In this document: positions 39,901 to 51,104 of the stretch, piece by piece | Position numbering within the stretch: the stretch's first letter is position 1 | How the letters are laid out: each line of letters starts with the position of its first letter | Origin: Tricharina praecox | Lineage: Eukaryota | Assembly (NCBI RefSeq): GCF_024521635.1 | Contig: NW_026250431.1 | Coordinates: 62,001 to 126,000, forward strand | DNA length: 64,000 bases | Direction: 5' to 3' | The notes under the pieces: model-generated | Databases searched by the model: none | What the model saw: only the letters and a program-made list of their open reading frames with translations | Told to the model about the DNA's origin: nothing | Position numbers and translations under genes: made by a program

Positions 39901-41611
39901 ATGGCGACTACAGACCCCCCGAACGCAAGCGCTTTCTTTCACGGAACGGCAGAAGAAGCCATAGCCACGTCGCTCCGTCGATGCTTCCCCCTCGTCTGCC
40001 TCGTCACGGACGGCGGCGAGGAGAGCACTCGCTGGGAATCGGAGTACCTGGTCGACGATGAGGTACTTGCTTCCTCGCTCGCTTCACGACGCCTCGCTTC
40101 CTGCGCTTCGCTAAAGCGCTGAGCGTTTACCTTTTACTGACACTTCCTCGGCTTCGTTTGGTGGTAGATCTTTGAACTCCTGCGAGCCGAGGTCATCCTC
40201 CTCCGACTCGAAGCCGGAACTCGCGACGCCAAACTCCTCGCCGAGGCCTCCGGTATCGCCGAAACGCCAAACCTGTTGATAATCAAGTATGCACGCACTC
40301 CTCCACGAGCAGCCTTCGCTCGCGACGACTCAATTGCTGATGTGTGGTAGAGACGGTACGACCATCGTCACACTGCTCGCCGGAGTCTCGCGAGAACATT
40401 TCATTCATAACATCAAGAACGCGCTCATCAGGATTGCGGAGAGGCGCCCCTCTCTGTACCCCGCACCCGCACCCGCACCCGTACAACCTATTGCCAACGT
40501 GCAACAGCAACAACTACCTTACCCGCAGTCGCCTCCTCCTGCCGTCAATTACAACGCGACTCCTACAAACATCGCAAACTCAATTGACCGCCCAGAGTCT
40601 CCGCGAGGAACCCCCGCGTCCTATCCGAGCAGCCCCACAGCTCCTCCTACCACCACAAACACCGTCGCTACCAACGATGCTGCGGCCGCAAGTGCTGCCG
40701 CCGAAGCCATGTCCTCCGGCCGTCGCGGCAGCGTTCGCCCAAGTTTCGGTGAGCAGCAACGACTCAAGAAGGTAGCCGAGCAAGCCGAGAGACAGCGCAT
40801 CTTGCAGCTGCTCGAGTACGACAAAGCCGAGCGCCGACTCCGTGACAAGGAGCGACGAGAGAGTGTCGTGATCACGGAACAGCTCCGGCCACGATTCCCA
40901 GAAGTGGTGGTCGCCACTGGGAGCAGCGGCGATAGCGGCAAGGGCGACGTGGCTTTATCGTTCCGTCTCACGGACGGCTCGAACGTTAAATTTCGTTTCC
41001 CCCCGGAGGCTACGTTGGGCGTGGACGTAAGGGCATGGATAGAGAAGGTATTCGCTCTCGGACGACCCCATCGATACCACCGCTGACGGAGGATCTACAG
41101 AACCGTTCTGACGGCGACCGTCCTTACAACTTCATGGAGATCCTCGGCCCCGCGCGCAACCGGCCACTGACCATCTCGGACGAGAGTGAAACCCTGTCAC
41201 ACCTGTTCAAGCGGTCGGCCACGCTCGTGCTCGTGCCCACACAGTCGGCTATCGCGGAGGCATACAATAACTCGTCGATGGCGAAGAGCGGCTACGGTGT
41301 TCATGGTGTCCTTTCGAACGCATATGCTATGATCTCCGGGGCTGTGAATGCGGTATGGAGCTTGGCACCGTTCGCCTCCAGGACGGTCGAGCAGCCACCG
41401 CCGCCACCGCCGCGGCGTGAGGGAAGACGCGTGGGCACAGCGGAGAGCAATGTCAGGACGCTGGGAAGTCAAAACGAAGATTCCGAGAGGCGGTACTACA
41501 ATGGAAATCAAGTGAGTCAACCCCCTCTTCCACCGCACCACTGACTGACTGACTAATCGACTGACTCCTCCGCCACAGTCGAGCCTCGAGCCAAAACCGG
41601 ACGACAAATGA
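39901..41611 (+). CDS. UBX-domain Cdc48/p97 adaptor (UBX7/UBXN4-like); exons 39901-40062, 40168-40286, 40351-41047, 41101-41511, 41579-41611
   Basis: N-terminal FFHGTAEEAIA segment, coiled coil (ERQRILQLLEYDKAERR), UBX motif LSFRLTDGSNVKFRFPPEATL, C-terminal YYNGNQSSLEP. Confidence 0.88.
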
Positions 41612-44451
41612 GTCGTCCCCACCTTCTTTTCCTTTCCTTTCCTTTCGTATTCATTTTCTTGTCTTGCGGGATTTGGGGTCTGGGGGGCGTTTCATCTATC
41701 TAAACTTCGCTTCTGTCGTACCGGTACTACTACTGCTGCTGTTGCTGCCTGCTGCCTGTCTGTCCTTACCTGAACGATGTTTTCTCTGCACATTATTATC
41801 GACACACTAAATGGTCCCCGTCTTTTTTTCCGTCCGATTCTGTGTATTCTGTGTACTCTGCACTGTACTCTTTTCCTTTCTTTTTTGTTTGTTCGAAAGA
41901 ATGAAGGGACGAGGAGGAGGAGGACGAGAAGGAGAAGAAGGAGGGGGGTTTGTAAGTATCATGCGTGCAAGCAAGCTTGCTTCCAATGCACACGCGCAAA
42001 GATGTTTGATATGTTTGATATTGAAGATTCGATGCTTCATAGTCAGTGGCCTCACCTGACCCGTGCGCGGATGGATGGATGGATGGATGGATGGATGAAT
42101 GCATGGATGGATGGATGTGTGCGTCATGGCGGGAGTAAAGCAAGGGAACCATGAAGGGAACGGTGGTGGTGGTGATCGGCGGACAAGGACGAGGACGAGG
42201 CGGCACGGCTCGCTGACTGCACTGCACTGATATCATGCCATCTCCTGTCCTGGCTGACACCGCACCTGCCCGGCTTGCATGGGGCTTCCCGGACCGTCGG
42301 TGAGGAAACATGACCAGATGAGCGACAGGATCGCCGTGATCGGAGGATGCGATGCGTCATTGATTGTGTTCCTTGATGGTTTGTTTGGTTCTTGGAAAGA
42401 TATTTGGCGTTGTTTATTGGAAGTGGTAGAATGGCCTCACCGAACCGGCGAGCTGACGAGTTCCTGAGAGTTGTTTGTGTGGCTGCCCTGCATCTAACTG
42501 ACCTGCGCGTGGCGGCACAGCGCTGTACCACTGTCTGCTTCGCCATTCTGTTTCAGGCTTCGATTCCTGGACTCCCGTTCACGATAACACTCAAAATGAT
42601 CGATCTGGTCTGTACAATCAATACCGAGTTTATTCATTCAGAGTCAGACCGAGGAAATAACGACCTTGCGAGCACCAGCCACCACCTGCCGCCGCTTCAC
42701 AAGCCACATCGTGGCTCTATCGTGGCTGAGACATTTCGGTCTCGTATTCGTTTCCGGTTCTGTTTCCGCTTCACTGTTCGCCGCAATTTCAGTACATCCA
42801 GTCCAATCCTGTTCACTCAAGCTTGAAGCCCACGGGAATGGCATGAAGGATTCGCTACATCGGCTTTGCGTCCCTTGTTTGAAGTTTCTCGCTTATCCTC
42901 CCGCTCTCCCTTCCGCTCTCCCTCCCTCGCCGCTCGCCGCTCACAGATCGGAGAGCGGAGAGCGGATGTGCAAATACTCGGGATTGAGGAATACTGGTGC
43001 TCTAACCAGCAACGTTGATACCGGTGCATGGGATCGTTGGATCGGTTATCGACCACAACAATTCATCACCTATCACCCAGCACCCATCGATAGGCATTTC
43101 GAGCCTTGAGATTTCGGTCATATATTTCTGTGGCTTTTTCGTTTAATCGTTGATTATAGTACTTGCGACCTATACAGACTGTGGCGGTATTCGCCCACCG
43201 GTTCCCGTCCACTGTCCAATTCGACCTCGATCAGTCCGCTGAGGCTGGTGGCTCCCCCACCAGGGCAAGTCGTCAGGACATGCCATAATCCCCCCGTTCC
43301 CCAACTTCGACACCCCGTCCTGCCCGTGACGCTCTCCGCCGCTCTTTCATACTGCTTCCTCGGCGCTCGTTCCAACCCCTCGCTAGCTACGTCTTTCACG
43401 GCTACGTCTTCATCGGCCCGAAGAAAACCGGCGAGTGATAACTCAACAACAATGTTGATATTATGCGTCTTATTGCCTGTTCCGGTGTCACTGCTACTTG
43501 CCACTGTCCTTTTGCATACTGCGCTCATTTTCTTCGTAGTTGCTTAGCATTGTCCATAGCTTCTCATCACCGTCAGCCTCTTTAAGCCTTCAAGCTTCCA
43601 ACCCAGACTCCAGTCCGGCGACGGCAATCGCCGCATCCTCTGCCTGAGGCCCGGCTTCCTCGTTGCCTACAAGAGCTCTTTTCCTTTATAAGCAGTGTTC
43701 TTTCTCATCTTTCTCGTATCAAGACGTCAATCAAGACAAGCTCTTCTCTCAATTCCAACAAACCTTCAGCATCGAATGCCGAGTGATAGTCTAAGACTAT
43801 CATTCGGCGGACCGTCCCAGTCGTTCAGAACCGAATCGTCTGCCCTCTTGGAACAGAGGTATGCATATATACACACGGAGAGACCCACGAGCTACACAAC
43901 ATGTTGAATTGCGTGTAGCATCGCTATTAAGAATACAAGCAAATCGCCATGTCCACCTCTACCATTTCCTAAGCAATAACAGTTAAACCAGCACTCACGA
44001 GTCTCAATGATCCACAGAACTGAGTTCATCGTGACGAGAAGCGATACCTAATTTCATAAAACTACATCCGCTCCCCAATTCCGCGCATCAACTGTACGAT
44101 CCACTTCGCTCAAAACGATCCACATTGCTTTCAATCCACTTCGCATTAAGCCCGTCCAGGAAAAAGATACTTGGCAGAATCCATCCAGTATAGCAGTACA
44201 GCAGGCAGACCCCCAACCATTTTTCCAGAGGGGGAAACAAACATCCCATCAAATCAAGCGCGTATTTTTTTTCGTTTTTTCTTTTCTTCTTCCGATTCCC
44301 ATTACCTCACGAGCAAACAAGCCGCAACCTCACTGTTTTTTTCTTCTTCCAATTCCCATTCACCCACGAGCAAGCAAGCAAGCTGCAACCTCACTTTCTT
44401 TTCCTTCCAGTTCCCATTCACTCACGACCAAGCAAGCCATGATCTCACGCC

Positions 44452-45252
44452 TCAATCCAGGCCATCATCATCCACAACCGCGGCCGCCTCTCCTCTACGA
44501 CCAACTCGTCCAGCCTTTTCCTCTTCCAAGTCCTTCTGGTGGTCCTGGACCTCGCTGCTTGCCCACCCCCACAAACTCCTCACTCCGGGGAACGCCCAAC
44601 CCGCCCACTTGTTCGCGCCCAACACTCTCAGCCCGCCCGGCACCCATCCAAACCTCTCAGCAAACCTTCCAGCCAACGTTCCACCCACCCTCCAACCCCA
44701 CCCCCAAACCCACCTCCCCACCACGTCGACCCCCTGCGTGAGCAGCAGTACTGCACGGAGCCTACTGCCGCCTCCATAAGACCGGCCCATTCCCATTCCC
44801 CCCATTCCCGTTCCCCCCAATCCCATCCCATTATTATCCCTGTTATCCTGCACATCATCAATCCACGGGCCGATATCATCCAGATCCAGATGCGGCACGT
44901 CCGCGTTATCATTCTCGTCGGGCACAGGGCCGAGCGAGACGGGCGATGGCGAGATCGGCGTGGTGGGGGGCGGGCCGGGGGACTGGATCGGACGGTTGGG
45001 GCGGCTGGTGAGAGATGAGGGCCGCTGGGGGATGGGGAGGTACGGCAGCCGCGATGTTGCGGCGGCGGCGGCGGTGGCGGTGGTAGGGGCGGCCGGGGGT
45101 GAGGCTGGGAGTGAGGCTGGGGGTGAGGCTGGGGGTGAGGCTGGGGGTGAGGCTGGGGCTGCTTCCGGGGCGGGTGCGGATGTGGGTGCGGGTCCGGATG
45201 CAGATTCCCGAGGCCAGTCCGAGGTGGAGGGGCGCCGGAAGGGGGTGATCAT
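44452..45252 (-). CDS. Pro-rich hypothetical protein (266 aa), with a duplicated exon/intron unit in the probable 5' UTR (~45290-45610)
   Basis: Open frame from ATG with PPAS repeats and a Trp/Gly-rich C-terminal part; upstream GTAAGT...CTGAC...CAG intron. Confidence 0.55.
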   Translation of the reverse strand: MITPFRRPSTSDWPRESASGPAPTSAPAPEAAPASPPASPPASPPASLPASPPAAPTTATAAAAATSRLPYLPIPQRPSSLTSRPNRPIQSPGPPPTTPISPSPVSLGPVPDENDNADVPHLDLDDIGPWIDDVQDNRDNNGMGLGGTGMGGMGMGRSYGGGSRLRAVLLLTQGVDVVGRWVWGWGWRVGGTLAGRFAERFGWVPGGLRVLGANKWAGWAFPGVRSLWGWASSEVQDHQKDLEEEKAGRVGRRGEAAAVVDDDGLD

Positions 45253-46179
45253 TACTGTTGATGTTGCTGCTGTTGCTGGTAGTGGTAGTGGTGGAGGAGG
45301 AGGACTGCGGAGGACAGGACAGTCAGTTCACGGCTGGAATATTGGGGAGTGCTGGGGACTTACGAGCGGTAATTGAGTGGTAAGATGAAGAGGTGGAGTG
45401 AAGATATTGCTTTGGAGCAGAGGTTACGGTGGTGGAGCAGAGAGTCGAGCCGTAGGAGGACTGGGGAGAGCAGGGAGTCAGTTAGCAGCTTGGATACTGG
45501 AGATTACTGGAGAGTACTGGGGACTTGCTCGTGCGGTGAATGAGTGGTCAGATGAAGAGATTGAGTGTATATATTGCCGTGGAGCAGAAACTACAGTGGT
45601 GAGGAAGAGTCGAGGTGGACGAGGAGGGAACTCGATAGTGCTTTGACAAAGGCCGGTGGTGGGTACGGATCACGGTGTGATGGAGGGTGTGAGTACGGCT
45701 TTGTGGAAGCGGGTGTCGGTGTTCGGAGATGTAGAGATGTAGTGATGTAGAGATATAGCGGTAGTAATGGAAGTGATGGAAGTTCGAGTAGATTGACGGA
45801 TTGGAAGAGGGAGAGGGACAGTGGTGGGGATAGGAATCGACGGGCAGAAGGAGGGTTGGGGACGATTTTGGTGCAGTCGTAGGTCACAGATGAAAGCCGT
45901 CGCTGTAGCTGTTCGTAACGGGCGTGCTGCAGCGGAGAACCACGGATGTAGCGGACGACTGCAATGCACTCGGGGCAATCTCAAACAATGGCTCTCAATT
46001 TCATCCAGTAGGCTATGGAAAAAATCGCCTCTTAAGCATTCACAGATAAATTAGGTCCCATATGACAAGTAGTACATCTTTTCCACCACATCAACCGCAT
46101 CAACTCATATCAAAAGTCCTCCTTCACGCAACTGCCCCCGCCATCCCCATCGTCGTCTCCGGCAGGAACGCACCGCCTC

Positions 46180-48500
46180 CTAAATCTTCGCGTCTGGCGG
46201 AGGCCCCACCGGGCGGTCGAGGGCGCGGAACGGGCGGCCGGTGGCTTTGCAGAAGACCCAAGTTGCGGAAAGCCTGAGGCCATACGCCAAAGTGAGGAAG
46301 ATCAACGATCCGAGAGGCGCGACCAGGAAAACACCTATTTCCACCATGTCAGCTCAGTTCAGTTCAATTCCCGCCTCATTCCCGCCTCATTCAGGGGAGT
46401 ACGAACCGAAAGCGCTCCAGTCATCCCCATACAGTCCCTTCTTCAGGATCATCAGCTCCGCACCCTGGTGCGCATCTCCGTAATAGATCGAGCCGAAGAT
46501 GAACACGCTAAGCATTCCGCCCAGGCCGCCGCAGATGACGTCGAAGCCGTTGAGGAAGTAGAATCGCTCGCTGAGCCCGAGAAGGATCGACGGGAGGGTG
46601 GCGGTCGCGACGATGTTGGAGATCAGGAAGATCTGCAGGATGCTGGGCTTCTTGACGGCGATTATGATGACCGGGATCGTGATCAGTGCCACAAGGACAC
46701 GGATGTAGATGAAGGGTAGCTTGCTGCGGAAAACATCGTTGGATATCGTCGAGACCATGGCGGATTGGAGGGAGTCGAAGACTGCAGGGGTCAGCAAGAG
46801 CATGGAATGATTGGAACGTGGGGCGTACCGGCACAGCTGAGCGCTACGACCATGACCACGACGAAGCCTACAACCCACGCAGGCAACTTCCCCAGCAGTA
46901 AGAAGAACGCCAGTCCTCCGTACACATCCGGGGTCCAGACACCCGCCCAGGCGGCGATGAATCCGGTCGAGCTGACGAGGAGCAGGATGATGAAGACCGC
47001 AAGCGAAGCGAGGCCGCAGCCGATCCACAGGTCCTTATCCGTCTTGGAGGCGAAGGCGCGCATCCAAAAGTTCGACAGGAACATGTCGCTGAAGACGATT
47101 CCAATCAGGAGGATGAAGATCAGCTGGTAGCCGAGTTTGCTCTGCTCGAGCAGGCCGGAAGGGGCGATCAAGGCGGTGTCGATGGTCACCGAGGTGCCGA
47201 CGGCAATCGCGCAAATGATGATCAGGAGACCGATCATGGCTCCTTGGATGTTGTCTGTGATAAAGGAGACCTTGAACCCTCCCAGAGCTGCGTGCGATGT
47301 CAGCACCCGCTACATGCGATTGTGAATGGTATTCATACCGGTATAAATGGTGGTCACAACCACCTCCACAATGATCACTGGAAGTCCCTTGAGCCCAGTC
47401 AATGTCTCGATGACCTGTCCCAGGGCGGACAATTCGGCAACCATGTACAAGAACATCGTCGCGACACTATACAAATCAGCCCGTCTTCCGGAGATCTTAT
47501 CGCCAAACCCGACCAGCGGCCAAGGTCGGCCGTCTAGAATAGCGACCCTCGGCCCGCCATCAACCAACACCTCGGAACACTCACGTCAAGAAGCTGAGAT
47601 ACAAGCTTGCAACCACGCCGAACCGTTCACGGACCCACATGGTCAAGATGAAGCCCTCGGGCAGCTTCCTTCTGATGATGGGCGCCAGGACGGGGAAGAT
47701 CATCAACGGCAGCGCCGAGCAAGCCGCATAAGTGATGGAGCCCTGGACACCGGCAATAGTCGCGATCTCGGGGTACGAGAAAAGGATCGAGGAACCCATG
47801 GCTATCATTCGCGTCAATACACCGGCTCACAGCCACGAGGAAGATTCACGGGGGGAAGGGAGGAGGGGCGCAAAGCGGCAACACGTTTCCCACGCAAGTC
47901 TTAACTTGTTCGGGTGCAGACGGTACAATCTCAGCCTGAGGGTTTCCAAAGATGTAGCCTGGCCTTCTCTCACGAGATGGCCGAGGAGCAGTCTGCTTCA
48001 TCCCCCAAGCGCCCGTAGTGAAACCACAGCCGCCCCTCCCGAAAACCGTGTTCGGGAGAGACAGCATCAAAAGTTTAATACGAACCTCGTCACAGACTTG
48101 ACTCATGGGTGCACTGTGTATACGGTAGGGTGTGCCGTACGTGTTGCCGCTATCGTGTAGCATATTGATAGCACTCACCGGAAGCGACGAAGTTGAGTGC
48201 CAAAGGGACCGCTGCGAATGACTCCAGTCAGCAATGCAATCCTACTTTCGCAGAAAGGAAAGTGCAGTAGCAGCAGGATTCAAACCAGTTTGTGTGCGGT
48301 TGGAGTGCAGGAACTCGGATTTCGACTGCCCGCGATACCGCCAGGCGATGTAACAGCCCATCACACTGCGAAGACGCCAGTTAGCAACGCGCCCCGGCTT
48401 CGCTGGACGGACGTGACAGGATGGTAGGAAGTACTCACAGGAAGACCGCATACGTGACATACACGAGCGCACCCGCAGCCGGATCGGAAAGGGAGCCCAT
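46180..48500 (-). CDS. DUR31: Sodium:solute symporter family transporter, DUR31/NCU01977-like (probable thiamine transporter), 8 exons
   Basis: MGSLSDPAAGALVYVTYAVFL...VPLALNFVAS|AMGSSILFSYPEIATIAGVQG...GGFKVSFITDNIQG...FDSLQSAMVSTISND; many TM helices; TPP aptamer in intron 3. Confidence 0.85.
47874..48033 (-). promoter_or_regulatory. TPP riboswitch aptamer in intron 3 (47802-48178) of the transporter
   Basis: Minus strand ACGGGCGCTTG...CAGGCTGAGATTGTACCGT CTGCACCCGAACAAGTTAAGACTTGCGTGGGAAAC matches the TPP consensus (GCUGAGA, UACC, P5 CAAG/CUUG, GCGUGGGAA). Confidence 0.9.
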
Positions 48501-49499
48501 CTTTGCGTTTGGGTGATGAGGAAGTCGAAGTCGAGGTCTTCGAGCAGAGCGGAGGGGTACTGCAGGAAGAAGAGGTTCGAGCGAAGGTTATAACACGTAT
48601 GGGTTCCAGCGAAAGCTGGAGGAGAGAAGGTTCTTCTTATCGGCCGGCGAGTGGGGACGCTACGCGCGTGCGAGGGGTCCGGGTTTTGCTTTTACTTCGT
48701 ACGTCTAGATTCCCGAAGACGCATGGAACCGACAGGACCCGGTAGTCTTTCGATCGGGACAGGGAAGAAGCCTGTTATATAGGAACCACTAGAGGACCAC
48801 GCGACGAGCGACAATTCTGCAGCTTCCAAGGGTCCCGTGCGGCGGATGCACTTAGGATTTGGAACGGAGAAGCTGCGCCGGATGGGATTTGTTTGCGAGA
48901 AGCAGAACCGGATGGCATTTGTTTGCGAGACATGCGAGTGGGGTAGTTGCACAGAGTCTGCAGCGGTGAGAACTGTCTTGTGATCCATTCGCAACGGAAG
49001 CACTGGCACCTGAGGAAGGTGGGGCGAGTGGGTGTGCGGTGGACGAACGGCTGTTCACATCGTTACAGATAAGCCGGCGGGGAGGACTGCCCTCTGAATC
49101 AACCAGCCAGAAAAAGTGACAACCCAAACCTAATCAGACATCAGGCTCATGTCACAGCGTGCGATGAGAGCTTTCGACGCCAAGGGCATTCGGATTCAGG
49201 CGCAACTTGGACGTTCTCGCTAAAAGAGACAGCGCAAGCGAGAAAACTCTGCATCGGCGGAGATTATCTTCGGACCCCTGCTCCATCTAATCTCTCTAGC
49301 TCCTCCTCGTCTTCGCACACCGCGCGTGGCTGGGCGTCAACGACGCGGAGGAGGCCGCTAATAAACGCCTAGTCGACAGATGCTACATATCAGATCGAGA
49401 CAGCGCATTGCCTTGCAAGACAATACGCACAGTGGACGACCGGCAGCTCCGATGCGAAGTGTTGGTGGTGGTAGGACAAGATCCAGATATGAAAACATC

Positions 49500-49810
49500 T
49501 CTTCGAGTGCTGCGCGGAGTGGAAGAGCCAGCAAGAGGCCTTATCGGGATGGAGGTAGGACGAGATATCAATAGCTCAAGGTCTGAGACTTCTTCACAGA
49601 CACGCGGTGCATTCCAGCGATACTTGAGTTCACTTCATTGCCATTACAGAGACGTTGGCAAGAAGGCCCCAGCAGAGGAGACAAGGGACAAGGGACAGGG
49701 AGAACGGGATATATATCAGGTTTGCGGATGCGAGAAGGAGAGGCAGATGCTTAAGCATTTCCTAGGACTAGTGCAAGGGAGAAGGGCAACCGATGAAGCG
49801 GAAGAATAAT
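49500..49810 (+). mobile_element. Highly degraded LINE 3' relic
   Basis: DFFTDTRCIPAILEF...DVGKK resembles the DLFADERCS.AILDFL..T.VGR relics elsewhere in the window. Confidence 0.45.
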
Positions 49811-50369
49811 ACTGGGAGGTATGCGGGGAACGAAAGCGGGGACCGTTCAGCCTAGAGGAATGTTGTCTGCGGAACAGAAGCGACGGGAATCGTCTAATCG
49901 GCCGTCCCGAATGGCAACTTTGAGTTTCGGAAAGTCTCACCTCAGAGCACAGGAAGTTTCTGATCGAGTGCGCTTCCATGATGCGATGGAAAATAAGGCT
50001 ATAAGTGGCGAAAATATCGAACAGATGGCCTATGCATATCGGTATCTACCTAGGTTATACCTTCGTGAAGGTAGTCTTGCTAATCAAGAGCTGGGACATG
50101 ACCCCATGGCTAAGAGTATATGTACCCAGTCATATCACCATTCCACGACTCCTTGTTTCATGATTCATTTCAACACGATACCGCCAGGGCTTTCATTACT
50201 ATTCACAAGCAAGAAAGACTAAGCAGCGTCAACCATCCATTCAGCGGGCATAAGGAAACCATGTGAGCTCGCCATCCAATCCATCCACCGCGTGAATCCA
50301 GATTTCGAGTGGCCATCTGATGATGCAATCGCGCTTGTACATTACGTGCAAACCTCGAATGCTCGAATA

Positions 50370-50690
50370 GAAGCCAGCAGAAAAACACTGTGGGCACAGG
50401 TCCGAAAGAAGACAGGCCCCAGGGAGGGGCAAGGACCGCTTCGAAAATCCGGGACCTCTTCGCAGACGAGCGATGCAGCTAGGCTATCCTAGATTTCCTC
50501 TCCACCACTGAGAGTCTGCTGTGGGCAGACGGATGCCAGAGGCCGGTGAGCAAGATACAGCAAGTGAGGTATCCGAGTGGGAGCGCAGTGAGCGGGAAGA
50601 GAGAGCTGAGCTGAGGCGACTCGAGGAGGAGGAGGAGGAGGAGGAGGAGGAGGAGGGTGCTGAAGTTGAGGAGCCAGGCGACGTAGAATA
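50370..50690 (+). mobile_element. LINE 3' relic with (GAG)n tract
   Basis: KTLWAQVRKKTG...RDLFADERCS*AILDFLSTT...GRRMPE...SEWERSEREERAELRRLEEEE; the LW..VRKKTG motif is shared with the 23365 relic. Confidence 0.65.
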
Positions 50691-51104
50691 GCGGACCAGA
50701 GACTTGCGGCGAAGGGGGGACGAATCGAGGGCGCGGGTGCGTGGGGCGTGGGGCGAGTGGAGGAGGCGAACGTGGCGAGGGAACGAACGTTGCCTCTTCC
50801 CAGCTCTGTCTCTGCTTGGAGTGATCACATACTGTCGGGAAAGGCCAGGGCGGAGGGCATTGAAAGCCAAATCGGGCCGCCTGATGAAAGTTGGGTTGGA
50901 CAGTGGCGTGGAAACGGGGGGGTAGGATGCACGGGTAGATATTGCAATGATCAGGTAGATAGGTCGCATGCAATCAACGAATGAACCACAAAAAAGAGAT
51001 GCTCGAATAGACTTCCGTACCGCCCACTGCCCCACTCCAAATAAATATGCACTGTATGTAGCTACATCCACCAACTCGTTCACTCCAACATCTGCGCGTA
51101 CACA

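Noticed and set aside
44270..44445. Three ~55-bp tandem repeats; also (ATGG)n at ~42070 and ~18-bp repeats at ~63760
   Set aside because: Ordinary UTR or intergenic slippage repeats with no further structure evident
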